A DNA stretch of 64,000 nt, taken from NCBI GenBank assembly GCA_964423815.1, contig CAYRGW010000003.1, forward strand, positions 45,731 to 109,730. The letters run 5' to 3'. The notes below the pieces were generated by a model, which saw only the letters and a program-made list of their open reading frames with translations, ran no database searches and was not told the DNA's origin. Shown piece after piece: positions 35,462 to 49,604 of the stretch (position 1 is its first letter; every line of letters begins with the position of its first letter). This DNA comes from an uncultured Solibacteraceae bacterium (GTDB taxonomy: Bacteria; Acidobacteriota; Vicinamibacteria; Vicinamibacterales; SCN-69-37). The position numbers were made by a program, and so were the translations under genes.

Positions 35462-37225
35462 CTACTTCTTCAACGTGGACGCGCTGCCCACGGACTTGGC
35501 GCGGCGTTCCGCGCTGGTGCCGCCGGTGGTCTTTGGCGGCGCGCCGATCAGATGATTGGTCATGTACTGCTGCCCGATGGTCATGACGTTGCTCGTCAAC
35601 CAGTACAACACCAGGCCTGACGGTGCCCACAGGAACATGACGGAGAAGATCACCGGCATGAAGAGGAACATCTTCTGCTGGATTGGATCGGCCGTCGTCG
35701 GCGTCATCTTCTGCTGCCAGAACATCGTGGCGCCCATCAGTACCGGCGTGATGTAGAGCGGGTCCATCACCGAGAGGTCCTTGATCCAGAACATCCAGGG
35801 TGCGCCGCGCAGTTCAATGGCGACCGACAACATCGCGTAGAAGGCGAAGAGCACCGGGAAGGTCAGGAGCATTGGCACACACCCGCTGGCCGGGTTGACG
35901 CCCTTGGTCTTGTAGAGCGCCATCATCTCGGTGTTCATCTTCTGACGCTCGGGATCGGTCATTTTGTACTGTTTGTACCGCTCCTGAATCGCCTTCACCT
36001 CAGGCTGTACTTCCTGCATCTTGCGCATGGAGACCATGCTGCGATGACGCAGGGGGAACATGATGACGTTGAGCAACACCGTCAGCGCGATGATTGACCA
36101 TCCGAAGTTGCCGATGTAGCCGTTGATCCACTTCAAGGCCTGGAGCAGCGGCACCACGAGCCAGGCAAAGATGCCGAAGTCGATGGCGCGGACCATCTGG
36201 CCGTCAACCACCTTGAGTTCGTCGAAGTCTTTCGGCCCGATGTAAAACGGCATCGACATGGCGCCGCCGGTCGAGATGCTGTAGTCCACAAACGTCCGCT
36301 GGGTCACGCCGGTTTCGGTCGCGTCCGGCTCCGGCACCGGCAGCAGCAGCGGGCGGTAGTCGACCTTCACACTTTTGGTCCCAGGGATGGCGGCGGAGAG
36401 GAAGTAGTGATCACCCACACCCACAAACCGCAGGGACCCTTCGTAGGTCGGTTGCGTCGTGATGTCGTCCACGTCGAGCCGCTCCACGCTGCCTTCGCGA
36501 TGGAACAGCGGCGCGGGCGGATAACTCGGCATCATCGAACTGCCGAGACCAAAACCCCGGCCGAGTGACGGGCCCATCTTGAGCGTCACGGGTCGCGCAA
36601 TGCCCTGCACATCCACTGACGCATCCACCGTCACGGTGTAGGGCTGTGTGGGATCCGGCTGGAAATGAAAACTCTTGCGCGCGATCAACCCCGTGGAGGG
36701 ATCGGTGAACTCAAAGGCGAGTGTGCCCGCTGAGGAACCCAACGACAACGTGCCTTCCGTGGCTGATCGGAACGACGCACGCGCCAGACGCGCGGAGAGT
36801 GCGTCCTGGTCGGTCGCGAGGGTGAAGGGCCGCACCGATCCTGCGGGCAGTTGTTCGGGAACCATCTCGAGTGGCTCGTCGCGCGAGTCAAAGTACCGCT
36901 TCAACCGCCAGCTCTTGACCGAGGCCCCTTCAGTGGTGAACACCACCCGGATGTGATCGGTGTCGACGATGATGTCGCGCGCTGGGGTGGTGTCGATCGG
37001 CTGTGCGTCTGCAGATGCCTGCGACTCGGGAGCGGCGAGGGCGGCAGCCGGGGGCGCCGTCTCACCAGCGCCGGTAGCCGACGCGCCTGGCGTGGGAGTG
37101 CCCATCGCCTGGCTGTCGGTCGCTGTCGTCAGCGTGGCAGGCGGTGGCGGAGGCACGACGTAGGTCTGGTACAGCACCAGAATGCCGAAGGACAGAAAGA
37201 TAGCGAGAAAAACGCGCTTTTCCAT
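35462..37225 (-). CDS. yidC: Membrane protein insertase YidC
   Basis: 587 aa. It has an N-terminal TM segment, a large periplasmic domain, and the conserved 60-kDa core (..GWSIIALTVLLNVIMFPL.. ..GCVPMLLTFPVLFAFY..). Confidence 0.95.
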   Translation of the reverse strand: MEKRVFLAIFLSFGILVLYQTYVVPPPPPATLTTATDSQAMGTPTPGASATGAGETAPPAAALAAPESQASADAQPIDTTPARDIIVDTDHIRVVFTTEGASVKSWRLKRYFDSRDEPLEMVPEQLPAGSVRPFTLATDQDALSARLARASFRSATEGTLSLGSSAGTLAFEFTDPSTGLIARKSFHFQPDPTQPYTVTVDASVDVQGIARPVTLKMGPSLGRGFGLGSSMMPSYPPAPLFHREGSVERLDVDDITTQPTYEGSLRFVGVGDHYFLSAAIPGTKSVKVDYRPLLLPVPEPDATETGVTQRTFVDYSISTGGAMSMPFYIGPKDFDELKVVDGQMVRAIDFGIFAWLVVPLLQALKWINGYIGNFGWSIIALTVLLNVIMFPLRHRSMVSMRKMQEVQPEVKAIQERYKQYKMTDPERQKMNTEMMALYKTKGVNPASGCVPMLLTFPVLFAFYAMLSVAIELRGAPWMFWIKDLSVMDPLYITPVLMGATMFWQQKMTPTTADPIQQKMFLFMPVIFSVMFLWAPSGLVLYWLTSNVMTIGQQYMTNHLIGAPPKTTGGTSAERRAKSVGSASTLKK

Positions 37226-37231
37226 GTGTTG

Positions 37232-37459
37232 TCAGTGGGACGGCGGTACGGGGTCCACGCCGTGCGGACCAAACGGACGGCACTTCGAGACGCGAACCAG
37301 CGCCAATCGAAGACCTTGGAGGAGCCCATGTTGTTCGATGGCCGTGACGGCGTAGTTTGAGCACGAGGGCTCGAACCGACACGCACCACCGGCAAACGGC
37401 GACAGGAGCAGTTGATAGGCGTGTACGAGAGACACGCCGAATCGACGGGACCAGGGCAT
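37232..37459 (-). CDS. yidD: Membrane protein insertion efficiency factor YidD
   Basis: 75 aa, with the motif YQLLLSP.....CRFEPSCSNYA. Confidence 0.92.
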   Translation of the reverse strand: MPWSRRFGVSLVHAYQLLLSPFAGGACRFEPSCSNYAVTAIEQHGLLQGLRLALVRVSKCRPFGPHGVDPVPPSH

Positions 37460-37827
37460 CAGTTGGTCAGGCCCTTTCGGAGTCCGTCGAGCGCCGCGCG
37501 AACATCGGCGGCGACGAGGGTGAACGGCGCGTCCAGCATCGCGCGCCGCGGAATCGCGACGACGTCGATGGGCAGCAAGCCGCGAGCGACGATCGTGTCT
37601 GGTTCGGTCTGACGAAAAATTTCGCGCAGACGTCGTTTCGCCCGATTGCGCATCACCGCATTGCCGAACTTGCGCGAGGCAATGAGTCCCAGGCGATCGA
37701 CGGAATGCTGATTGGGCAAAGCGAGCAGGGTGACAAACCGGGTGGCGACGCGCCGGCCCTGAGTCTGCACGGTCTGGAACTCGTGCCGCGCTTTTATGCG
37801 CACGTTCGAGCCAAACCGCAATGACAT
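37459..37827 (-). CDS. rnpA: RNase P protein component RnpA
   Basis: The motifs ..KARHEFQTVQTQGRRV.. and ..IASRKFGNAVMRNRAKRRLREIF are present. I prefer the start at Met35 of the track ORF (MSLRFG..). The longer ORF to 37929 would nearly run into rpmH. Confidence 0.88.
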   Translation of the reverse strand: MSLRFGSNVRIKARHEFQTVQTQGRRVATRFVTLLALPNQHSVDRLGLIASRKFGNAVMRNRAKRRLREIFRQTEPDTIVARGLLPIDVVAIPRRAMLDAPFTLVAADVRAALDGLRKGLTN

Positions 37828-37861
37828 CAGGGTCCCGGATCGCCAGGCCGCGTCAAGCGGC

Positions 37862-38005
37862 CTAGCGGGTGGAAACAGAAATACGCTTGCGGCCCTTGTC
37901 GCGGCGCCGCTTGAGGACCAGACGGCCATTCTTGGTACGCATACGGACCAGGAACCCGTGGGTTCGGCGACGTCGCCGGTTATTGGGCTGAAAAGTTACG
38001 CTCAT
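37862..38005 (-). CDS. rpmH: 50S ribosomal protein L34
   Basis: My own translation is [47 protein letters not shown] (47 aa). It is too short to appear in the ORF track. Confidence 0.93.
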   Translation of the reverse strand: MSVTFQPNNRRRRRTHGFLVRMRTKNGRLVLKRRRDKGRKRISVSTR

Positions 38006-38124
38006 AAGACTCCCACCCAAAGCTTGTTTGCGCTCTGGGGAAACTCAAATGCTACTGGAGTGTCAAAAAGCCTGTCAATGTACACGCACGATCAGGCCCT
38101 TGCGTCGTATGCTAGATTTCCCAC

Positions 38125-38156
38125 TTTTCCACACCTGTGGAAAAAGCTGTGGAAAA
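38125..38156. promoter_or_regulatory. Three DnaA-box-like 9-mers upstream of dnaA
   Basis: The boxes are TTTTCCACA (38125-38133), TGTGGAAAA (38136-44) and TGTGGAAAA (38148-56). The consensus is TTWTNCACA. Confidence 0.7.
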
Positions 38157-38175
38157 CAAGGGTTTTGCCTGATCT

Positions 38176-39540
38176 GTGGGCGAAAATCAGTCGAAAATGG
38201 CAAATACCATCTGGGACGCCGTGCTTGGGCGCATCGAAACCAAGGTCAATCGCCACAGCTATTTTTCGTGGTTTGAGCGGACCTCCCTCATCCGGGACAC
38301 CGGAGCCGAGATGGTGATTCGTGTACCCAACACCATGACGGCCGACTGGCTCACCAAACACTACCCGTCGGTCATAGACGACGCCCTGGTGGAGGTGGGA
38401 CGTCCAGGGGTGACCCTGACCTACGACGCGTCTCCAGCCGGTTCTGAGCCCTCTGAGCCCCTCCCCCTCTCCCCGGCGGAAGCCGATGCCGGGGGCGACG
38501 GGGCGGCTGCTGCCATTGAGGACGTCTCGGGACTGAGCCCCAGATATACCTTCGACACCTTCATCGTGGGTGCGTCCAACCAGTTTGCCGACGCGGCCTG
38601 CCGAGCCGTGGCGGAGGCGCCCTCCCGGTCCTACAACCCGCTGTTCATCTACGGCGGGGTGGGTCTGGGCAAGACGCATTTGATGCACGCCATTGGTCAC
38701 TACGTCCTGCGCCACCACCGCGGGCTGAAGCTGACCTACGTGTCCTCCGAGCGGTTCATGAACGAGGTCATCAACGCGTTGCGGTACGACCGGATCCTCG
38801 AATTCCGCGAGCGGTATCGCAGTGTGGACGTGTTGCTGGTGGACGATATTCAGTTCATCGCCGGCAAAGAGCGCACCCAGACCGAGTTTTTTCACACGTT
38901 CAACGCGTTATACGACGCCCAGAAGCAGATCGTCATCAGCAGTGACTGCCCGCCTCATCAGATTGCGGAGCTTGAAGAACGGCTGCGCTCGCGGTTTGAG
39001 TGGGGCCTGACGGCTGATATTCAGGCCCCGGATCTTGAAACAAAGATTGCGATCATCACCCGCAAGGCTGACAGCGAGGGTGTGTCTTTGCCCAACGACG
39101 TGGCGCTCTACATCGCCGGGCGCATCAAATCCAACATCCGGGAGCTGGAAGGGTCACTCATCCGCCTGCTGGCCTACGCGTCGTTGCAGGGGCGGGACGT
39201 GACGATGGATCTGGCCAAGGACGTCCTGCGCGACATCCTGCGCCAGGATGAACGCGCCATCACCATTGAAGGCATCCAGAAGTTTGTGGCCGAGTATTAC
39301 CAGATGAAACTGGTCGAGTTGAAGTCGCGGAACAACTCCAAGTCGGTGGCCATGCCCCGGCAGGTGGCCATGTATCTCTGCAAACAACTCACGAACGCGT
39401 CCTTGCCGGAAATCGGGAAAAGTTTCGGCGGCAAACACCACTCGACCGTCATCCATTCCATCCGGAAGGTGGAGGACATGCGGAAGAACGATGGGGTTTT
39501 CAACAGTCAGATCAACAGCCTCCTCCAGTCACTGCAGTGA
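38176..39540 (+). CDS. dnaA: Chromosomal replication initiator DnaA
   Basis: 454 aa, with the AAA+ motifs GGVGLGKTHL and LLVDDIQF and the domain IV motif ..HSTVIHSIRKV... The ATG at 38197 (MANTIWDAVL..) is an equally plausible start. Confidence 0.97.
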   Translation: MGENQSKMANTIWDAVLGRIETKVNRHSYFSWFERTSLIRDTGAEMVIRVPNTMTADWLTKHYPSVIDDALVEVGRPGVTLTYDASPAGSEPSEPLPLSPAEADAGGDGAAAAIEDVSGLSPRYTFDTFIVGASNQFADAACRAVAEAPSRSYNPLFIYGGVGLGKTHLMHAIGHYVLRHHRGLKLTYVSSERFMNEVINALRYDRILEFRERYRSVDVLLVDDIQFIAGKERTQTEFFHTFNALYDAQKQIVISSDCPPHQIAELEERLRSRFEWGLTADIQAPDLETKIAIITRKADSEGVSLPNDVALYIAGRIKSNIRELEGSLIRLLAYASLQGRDVTMDLAKDVLRDILRQDERAITIEGIQKFVAEYYQMKLVELKSRNNSKSVAMPRQVAMYLCKQLTNASLPEIGKSFGGKHHSTVIHSIRKVEDMRKNDGVFNSQINSLLQSLQ

Positions 39541-39790
39541 CGGTTTTCCACAGGCGGCGCCTGTGCGGACCTGTGGACGGTATGTGGAAATCTCCAGATC
39601 CCCTCTTTTGCACAAAAACCGCTCGGAAAATCCGCCACCGTACCCGCCGGAGCGTCCACAGCCTAAGTTGTTGATAGCTAATAGGTAATGGCCATACTTT
39701 CAGTTACCCACAGCCCCTTATTCCTGTTATAATTCTTTGTCTTTTTGATCTTCTGTAAATACGTTCGATAGAAGCCGCTCGACACCCGAG
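39541..39790. other. Putative oriC (DnaA boxes plus an AT-rich unwinding element) in the dnaA-dnaN spacer
   Basis: DnaA-box-like 9-mers are TTTTCCACA (39544-52), TGTGGACGG (39572-80), TGTGGAAAT (39583-91), GCGTCCACA (39652-60) and TTACCCACA (39704-12). These are followed by a GCCCC cluster and the AT-rich tract TTATTCCTGTTATAATTCTTTGTCTTTTTGATCTTCTGTAAATA (about 39717-39765). Confidence 0.75.
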
Positions 39791-39823
39791 TTGACGCTGT
39801 CGAGAGAGAGGTCGCCCCGCCGT

Positions 39824-43473
<3,650 letters not shown>

Positions 43474-43474
43474 C

Positions 43475-45982
43475 GTGTCCGATCCGATCGATCAGAATCC
43501 CTCGTTGCGCTTCCCCGTCAACATCGAAGACGAGATGAAGCGGTCGTACATGGATTACGCCATGAGCGTCATCATCGGGCGCGCGTTGCCCGACGTACGA
43601 GACGGCCTCAAGCCCGCCAATCGTCGCGTGTTGTACGCGATGCGCCAGATGGGTCTGGCGTCAAATCGGCCCTACCGCAAGTGCGCGAAGATCGTCGGCG
43701 AAGTCATCGGCAACTATCACCCGCACGGCGACGCGTCGGCGTACGACACGCTGGTCCGCCTCGCGCAGGACTTCAGCATGCGGTACACCCTGGTCGACGG
43801 CCAGGGCAACTTCGGATCGATCGACGGCGACCCACCGGCCGCCTACCGATACACGGAAGCCCGACTCGAGTCGCTCGCCGAAATGATGATGGCGGACCTC
43901 GACAAGGACACCGTCGACCATCGCCCGAACTTCGACGAGACCACGGAAGAGCCCACGACGTTCCCGGCGCCGTACCCGAACCTGCTGGTGAACGGGTCGA
44001 CCGGTATTGCCGTCGGCATGGCCACGAGCATCCCCCCGCACAACATGCGCGAGGTGATCGATGGCGTGCTGAAGGTCATTGAACTCCGTGATGCTCCGCG
44101 TGACGACCAGTTCAAAGCCCTGATGCAGTGCATCCCCGGGCCCGACTTTCCGTCAGGCGGCACCATTGTGGGCCGCGCGGGCATCTGGCGCGCGTATCGC
44201 GAGGGCCGCGGCAACGTCGTCGTCCGCGCGAAGGCGTCGTTCGAGGAAAACAAGAAGGGCGATCGCACGTCCATCGTCTTCACCGAGATCCCGTATCAGG
44301 TGAACAAGGCGACGCTCATCTCGGACATCGCGCAACTGGTCCGCGACAAAAAACTCGAAGGCATTTCCGACCTGCGCGACGAATCCGACCGCGACGGCAT
44401 GCGGATCGTGATTGAACTCAAGCGTGGGGAACTGCCCGACGTTGTCCTGAACAACCTCTACAAACAGACCCGTCTGCAGACCGGCTACGGAATCACGCTG
44501 CTCGCGATTTCCCACAGTCGGCCGAAGGTGTTCAACCTTCTGCAGATCATCGAAGAGTTCATCACGTTCCGCCTTGAAGTTATTCGCCGCCGGATCGAAT
44601 TCGAGCTGCGGAAAGCCGAGGCGCGCGCGCACATTCTCGAAGGCCTGAAGATCGCACTCGACCACCTCGATGCGGTCATCACCCTGATCCGAAGCTCGAA
44701 GAATCCAGGTGAGGCCCGCGTCGGCCTCATGACCAACTTCGGCCTCTCCGAACTGCAGTCGCAGGCCATCCTCGACATGCAGCTCCAGCGCCTGACCGGC
44801 CTTGAGCGCCAGAAAATTCTCGACGAACTCGCGGAACTGGTGGCACTCATTACGCGCCTGCGCGAGATTTTGTCCAGCGACGCTCTTGTGCTCGAGATCG
44901 TCGTCAACGAACTCATCGCGATCCGCGACAAATACGGCGACGACCGGCGGACCGACATCATCGAGGACAGCACCGACTTCCGCATCGAAGATTTGATCGC
45001 GGACGAGGACGTGGTCATCACCGCGACGCAGACCGGCTACATCAAACGCACCGCGCTTGATGAATACCGGAAGCAGCGGCGTGGCGGCAAGGGCCTGATC
45101 GGCATGCAGACCCGCGATGAGGACATCGTTGAACACCTGTTCATCGCCAACACACACGCCTACATCCTGATCTTCTCGGACAAGGGCAAGTGTTACTGGC
45201 TGCGGGTGTACGACGTGCCTGAAGTCTCGCGATCAAGCAAGGGCAAGTCCATCGCGAACCTGGTCCAGATGGGCGAGGGGGAAAAGATCGCCGCGTTGTT
45301 GCGCGTGCAGGACTTCCCGGACGAAGAGGACAAACGCTTCATCGTGATGGGTACCGAACAGGGCACCATCAAGAAGACGGACCTCAAGGCGTATTCAAAC
45401 CCGCGATCGGCCGGCATCATCGCCATTCAAATCGACGACAACGATCATCTGATTGCGGTCGCAGAAACCGACGGCACCAAGGACCTGGTCCTCGGGACCA
45501 GGAACGGCATGGCCATTCGTTTCAGCGAACAGGACGCCAGACCCATGGGGCGCACCGCTTACGGTGTGCGCGGCATCAACCTGCGCGAAGGCGACGTGGT
45601 GGTGGCGATGGAAGTGGTCACGTCGGACGCGACCCTCCTGACGGTCTGCGAAAAGGGCCACGGCAAACGTACGGAGGTCTCCGAATACCGCCAGCAGACA
45701 CGCGGCGGCATCGGTCTCAAGAACATTCAGACCACGGACCGCAACGGCCCGGTCGTCGGCATCGCCTGTGTCACCGACCAGCATGAACTGCTGATCGTCA
45801 CCGAACAGGGTCAGATCATCCGGATGCCGGCCTCGGGTCTTCGTCCCATCGGTCGTGATACGCAGGGCGTGCGACTGATCGATCTCGCTGACGGCGACCG
45901 CGTCGTGTCTATTGCCTCGCTGATGGAACCCGAAGTCAGTGAAGTGTCAGACGCCGAGCCTGAAGAGCCCGTCACCGAATAA
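43475..45982 (+). CDS. gyrA: DNA gyrase subunit A
   Basis: 835 aa, with ..[14 protein letters not shown].., the active-site region ..AYRYTEARL.., and a C-terminal beta-pinwheel. The start codon is GTG, 1 nt after the gyrB stop. Confidence 0.97.
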   Translation: MSDPIDQNPSLRFPVNIEDEMKRSYMDYAMSVIIGRALPDVRDGLKPANRRVLYAMRQMGLASNRPYRKCAKIVGEVIGNYHPHGDASAYDTLVRLAQDFSMRYTLVDGQGNFGSIDGDPPAAYRYTEARLESLAEMMMADLDKDTVDHRPNFDETTEEPTTFPAPYPNLLVNGSTGIAVGMATSIPPHNMREVIDGVLKVIELRDAPRDDQFKALMQCIPGPDFPSGGTIVGRAGIWRAYREGRGNVVVRAKASFEENKKGDRTSIVFTEIPYQVNKATLISDIAQLVRDKKLEGISDLRDESDRDGMRIVIELKRGELPDVVLNNLYKQTRLQTGYGITLLAISHSRPKVFNLLQIIEEFITFRLEVIRRRIEFELRKAEARAHILEGLKIALDHLDAVITLIRSSKNPGEARVGLMTNFGLSELQSQAILDMQLQRLTGLERQKILDELAELVALITRLREILSSDALVLEIVVNELIAIRDKYGDDRRTDIIEDSTDFRIEDLIADEDVVITATQTGYIKRTALDEYRKQRRGGKGLIGMQTRDEDIVEHLFIANTHAYILIFSDKGKCYWLRVYDVPEVSRSSKGKSIANLVQMGEGEKIAALLRVQDFPDEEDKRFIVMGTEQGTIKKTDLKAYSNPRSAGIIAIQIDDNDHLIAVAETDGTKDLVLGTRNGMAIRFSEQDARPMGRTAYGVRGINLREGDVVVAMEVVTSDATLLTVCEKGHGKRTEVSEYRQQTRGGIGLKNIQTTDRNGPVVGIACVTDQHELLIVTEQGQIIRMPASGLRPIGRDTQGVRLIDLADGDRVVSIASLMEPEVSEVSDAEPEEPVTE

Positions 45983-47265
45983 GACGTGTGCGCCAGGAAC
46001 GTACGCAGGTGCGTCCATAACAACGCGATGTTGATCGCCGAGAGCACCACCGTGAGTGGCAGAAACGGGCCCGTGCGGGGCGGCCGGTCAAAGTCGCGGC
46101 CCAGGCCGTAGAACAACAGCAGATTGATCGTGACCATTGCGCTCAAGCCGAAAAAAATCGGCCAGTAGTCCCGCCAATACAGCACGACGATCCCGGCCAG
46201 GGGGACGGCATACACGAGGTGGTTCTCGTGCACCCCGACGGCCAGCACAAAGTAGGTGTGGATCGAGAACGCCCCAAGCGCTGCGGCGCCTGGCAGCGAT
46301 GCGACCTTCCTGACACGCAGGGTTGCCCAGACGGCCACGGCGCCAACCAGGAGGCCAGTCGCCACCCTCAGGACCTCAACGACACCCCACTGCGTCCACA
46401 AAATCTCGCGCGCCCGCATGGGCACATCCATGGCGGCACGACCGGACTCCCTCAACAACTCCACGGCGGTCACGATCCACCAGAGGTTGAGCGCGTCTCC
46501 TGACAACGTCCCACCCTGCGCGTTGACCCGCATCGCGAGCACAAACTGTTCAGGATCTCCGAAAATCAGGAAGGGCGCGACCCCGGCGAGGGCGACCCCA
46601 ACCGTCCACCGGAAACACGTCATCAGCCCAGGCGAACGCCAGAGCAGTGCCAGCACAGGCAACACAAAAAACACGCCCTGATGTTTGACCAGCAGCGTCA
46701 GACCGAGCACGATGCCGGCACCACGGGCCCGGCCCGACGCGGCCAGCACCACGGCAACAATTCCGGGCCCCCAGCAGAGTGGATCGAGGTACCCCAACGT
46801 TGACCCACTGAGCATCAGGGCGGGATTCAGCCAATGTGCCAGCCCGAGAATCCACGCCTGGCGTTCGTCCTGTGTCAACTGCCAGGAAAGCGCGACGATC
46901 AACAAGAACACTCCGAGTCGCACCAGAAGCGCGGGAGCTTTAACCAGAAATGTCAGAATTCTGGAACCCTCGTTCAGGTCCGGATCAATCCACCGCGCGA
47001 CCGAAGCGGCAACAGCCAACAGAGCCACACTGCCTGGCGGATAGTCGGGTTGGGCGTACGGCACCAGGGCGTCTGGCCGCGGCGTTGCTGGTTGACTGTA
47101 GATTCTTGGAAAACTTCGGTCGAGTGTGGACAGCGCCCACTGTTTAAAAATCGCGACGTCACTTGTGCCGCGCATCGCCAGGCTGGAGACCTGCAGGACC
47201 AACCCGGCGATAAACGCGCCCACCAGCCAGAGTGGCGGCCGTCCTCGTGGGAAGGACAGCTTCAC
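45811..47265 (-). CDS. Polytopic membrane protein, GT-C-type glycosyltransferase-like (DUF2029/PMT-like)
   Basis: 484 aa with at least 10 hydrophobic helices. The start abuts the helicase stop. The last 57 codons run antisense through the 3' end of gyrA. Confidence 0.6.
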   Translation of the reverse strand: MKLSFPRGRPPLWLVGAFIAGLVLQVSSLAMRGTSDVAIFKQWALSTLDRSFPRIYSQPATPRPDALVPYAQPDYPPGSVALLAVAASVARWIDPDLNEGSRILTFLVKAPALLVRLGVFLLIVALSWQLTQDERQAWILGLAHWLNPALMLSGSTLGYLDPLCWGPGIVAVVLAASGRARGAGIVLGLTLLVKHQGVFFVLPVLALLWRSPGLMTCFRWTVGVALAGVAPFLIFGDPEQFVLAMRVNAQGGTLSGDALNLWWIVTAVELLRESGRAAMDVPMRAREILWTQWGVVEVLRVATGLLVGAVAVWATLRVRKVASLPGAAALGAFSIHTYFVLAVGVHENHLVYAVPLAGIVVLYWRDYWPIFFGLSAMVTINLLLFYGLGRDFDRPPRTGPFLPLTVVLSAINIALLWTHLRTFLAHTSYSVTGSSGSASDTSLTSGSISEAIDTTRSPSARSISRTPCVSRPMGRRPEAGIRMI

Positions 47266-49541
47266 CCCGCCGGCTCCAGATTGGCATATCGCGCCAGCAA
47301 CTTCTTCGTGCCGACCGTGTTGAACTTCACGGTGACGCGCATGTCGTCGCCCTCATCCTCGACACCAACGACGGTCCCCACGCCAAATTGTTTATGGCGC
47401 ACACGTTTGCCGACCTTCAGCCCTGAGCCGGACGACTGGTCTTCATTTTCGTACGAGGCAAACGGCGTGGCTTCCACTTCCTTGTGTTTGAGTGGACCTT
47501 GTCGTCGATTGGCGTACGGGTTGCGCGTTTCGTATCGCGTGGAGTTCCAGGACGGCGCCACCACAGGCTCGATTCGCCGCATCAACTCAGCTGGAATCTC
47601 ATCGAGAAAACGCGAAGGCTCGGTTGACTGATAGTCGCCGAACACCCGTCGACGGGCCGCACTCGTCAGAATGAGCCGCTCGCGCGCACGCGTCAGGCCC
47701 ACATAACACAAGCGACGTTCCTCCTCGAGTTCGTCCTCGTCTTCGGTGGACCGTGAATGGGGGAACAGTCCCTCCTCAAGGCCCGCCACGATCACCACGG
47801 GAAATTCCAGTCCCTTGGCCGCGTGCATCGTCATCATCCAGACGTTGGCGTCCTTTTTACCCTGGGCCTCATCCGCCTCAGAGAGCAGCGACAAACGGTC
47901 CACGAAGCCACCAAGGGTGGGCTCGGACTCGCGCGTTTCGTATTCACGCGCGGCCGACACGAGTTCCATCAGGTTCTCGATTCTCGCCTCGGCTTCTTCG
48001 CTGCGGTCTTCCCGGAGATCCTTGAGATAACCGGAGCGGTCCATCACCAGCCCCAGCGCAATGGACACACTGGCATTGGCGCACTCGGTGGTCAGACCGG
48101 CAATCAGATCGCGGAAGCCCCTGAGGGCAATCACCGCGCGATTGGGCACCTCGCGTTTTTCAAGCCCGGCCAGCAGCCGCGCCCACATCGACCTCGACGA
48201 GGTGATGGGTTGCAGGCCCACAGCAAACAGGGGCGTCATGGCATGGACGTCCGCGTCGAGGTCCACGGCCTCGAGGGCTTCCATGACGGTCTTCCCAATG
48301 CCGCGCGTGGGCACGTTCACCACCCGGCGGAAACTCACATCGTCGTGTGGGTTCATCACCAGACGGAGATAGGCGAGCAGGTCCTTGATTTCCTTGCGTT
48401 CATAGAAGCGAACACCACCGATGATGCGGTACGCGATGCCCTCGCGCATCAGCGCATCTTCAATCGCGCGGGACTGGGCGTTGGTCCGATACAGAATGGC
48501 GACGGTGGTTTTTGAGTCCGCCGAGCGTGTCTCCCTGATCGCGCGTGTGATGTAGTCGGCTTCCTCGATCTCATCGCCAGCCCGGACATACACGATCGGC
48601 TCGCCGCCGAGTTTGTCGGTCCAGAGACGTTTGTCCTTCCGATTGCGGTTGCGGCTGATGACGGCCGACGCGGCATCGAGAATCACCTGTGTGGACCGGT
48701 AGTTCTGCTCCAGCTTTACCACCGCCGCCTCAGGGAAATCCTGCTCAAAATCCAGGATGTTCCGCAGATCGGCCCCGCGCCACTTGTAGATCGACTGGTC
48801 AGGGTCACCAACCACACAAAGGTTCCGGTGATGGTCGGCGAGTCTCCGAATCAGAATGTACTGCGGTCTGTTGGTGTCCTGATATTCGTCGACCAGGATG
48901 TATTTGAATTTCCGCGCGTAGGCGTCCCGAACGTGTTCCTTGGTCTCCACCAGCTCCACCGTCTTCAGGAGCAGATCGTCGAAGTCGAGCGCGCCGGCTT
49001 CGCGCAGGACGCGCAGATACGTTTCGTAGACCTTCGAGATCTGGGCGTCGCGCAGATTCCAGCCGCTCGATTTCATATCGGCGGGCGATTCCAGCTTGTT
49101 CTTCGCCTGACTGATGCGCGACAGTGCCGCGCGTGGCGTCAACATCTTTTCGTCAATGTCGGCCGACCGGAGCGCCTGCTTCACGACGGCCAGTTGGTCG
49201 GACGAGTCGTAGATGACAAAGTCGCGGGTGAGGCCGATGTGCGGGGCCTCGCGACGGAGAATGCGCGCGCACAACGAGTGGAATGTCGACAACCACATGT
49301 GACGGCAGTCGTCACCAACGAGGCTCTCCACACGATGCCGCATTTCCTCTGCGGCCTTGTTGGTGAAGGTGACGCCCAGCACCTGATCCGGCTGGGCCTG
49401 GCCACTCTTGACCAGATGCGCCATCCGCACGGTGATGACACGTGTTTTGCCAGACCCTGCGCCGGCAAGGATGAGCAAGGGGCCGTCAGTGTGCGCGGCC
49501 GCGTCGCGTTGCGCTGGGTTGAGTCCTTCGAGCAGATCCAT
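47262..49541 (-). CDS. UvrD/PcrA-family ATP-dependent DNA helicase
   Basis: 759 aa, with motif I AGAGSGKT, DEYQDTN, and a C-terminal Tudor-like domain (..GKRVRHKQFGVGTVVGVE..). Confidence 0.93.
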   Translation of the reverse strand: MDLLEGLNPAQRDAAAHTDGPLLILAGAGSGKTRVITVRMAHLVKSGQAQPDQVLGVTFTNKAAEEMRHRVESLVGDDCRHMWLSTFHSLCARILRREAPHIGLTRDFVIYDSSDQLAVVKQALRSADIDEKMLTPRAALSRISQAKNKLESPADMKSSGWNLRDAQISKVYETYLRVLREAGALDFDDLLLKTVELVETKEHVRDAYARKFKYILVDEYQDTNRPQYILIRRLADHHRNLCVVGDPDQSIYKWRGADLRNILDFEQDFPEAAVVKLEQNYRSTQVILDAASAVISRNRNRKDKRLWTDKLGGEPIVYVRAGDEIEEADYITRAIRETRSADSKTTVAILYRTNAQSRAIEDALMREGIAYRIIGGVRFYERKEIKDLLAYLRLVMNPHDDVSFRRVVNVPTRGIGKTVMEALEAVDLDADVHAMTPLFAVGLQPITSSRSMWARLLAGLEKREVPNRAVIALRGFRDLIAGLTTECANASVSIALGLVMDRSGYLKDLREDRSEEAEARIENLMELVSAAREYETRESEPTLGGFVDRLSLLSEADEAQGKKDANVWMMTMHAAKGLEFPVVIVAGLEEGLFPHSRSTEDEDELEEERRLCYVGLTRARERLILTSAARRRVFGDYQSTEPSRFLDEIPAELMRRIEPVVAPSWNSTRYETRNPYANRRQGPLKHKEVEATPFASYENEDQSSGSGLKVGKRVRHKQFGVGTVVGVEDEGDDMRVTVKFNTVGTKKLLARYANLEPAG

Positions 49542-49604
49542 CCGAAGCTCTCAGGATACCACCCGCATCACGGCCCGATGCCGCTCCGATCGCGAGTTGG
49601 TACG

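Noticed and set aside
38061-38078. Two TTGACA hexamers on the minus strand that could be -35 boxes for rpmH.
   Set aside because: The best downstream -10 candidates (TAGCAT at 18-bp spacing; TTTCCC at 17 bp) are weak. I cannot support a specific promoter call from the sequence alone.
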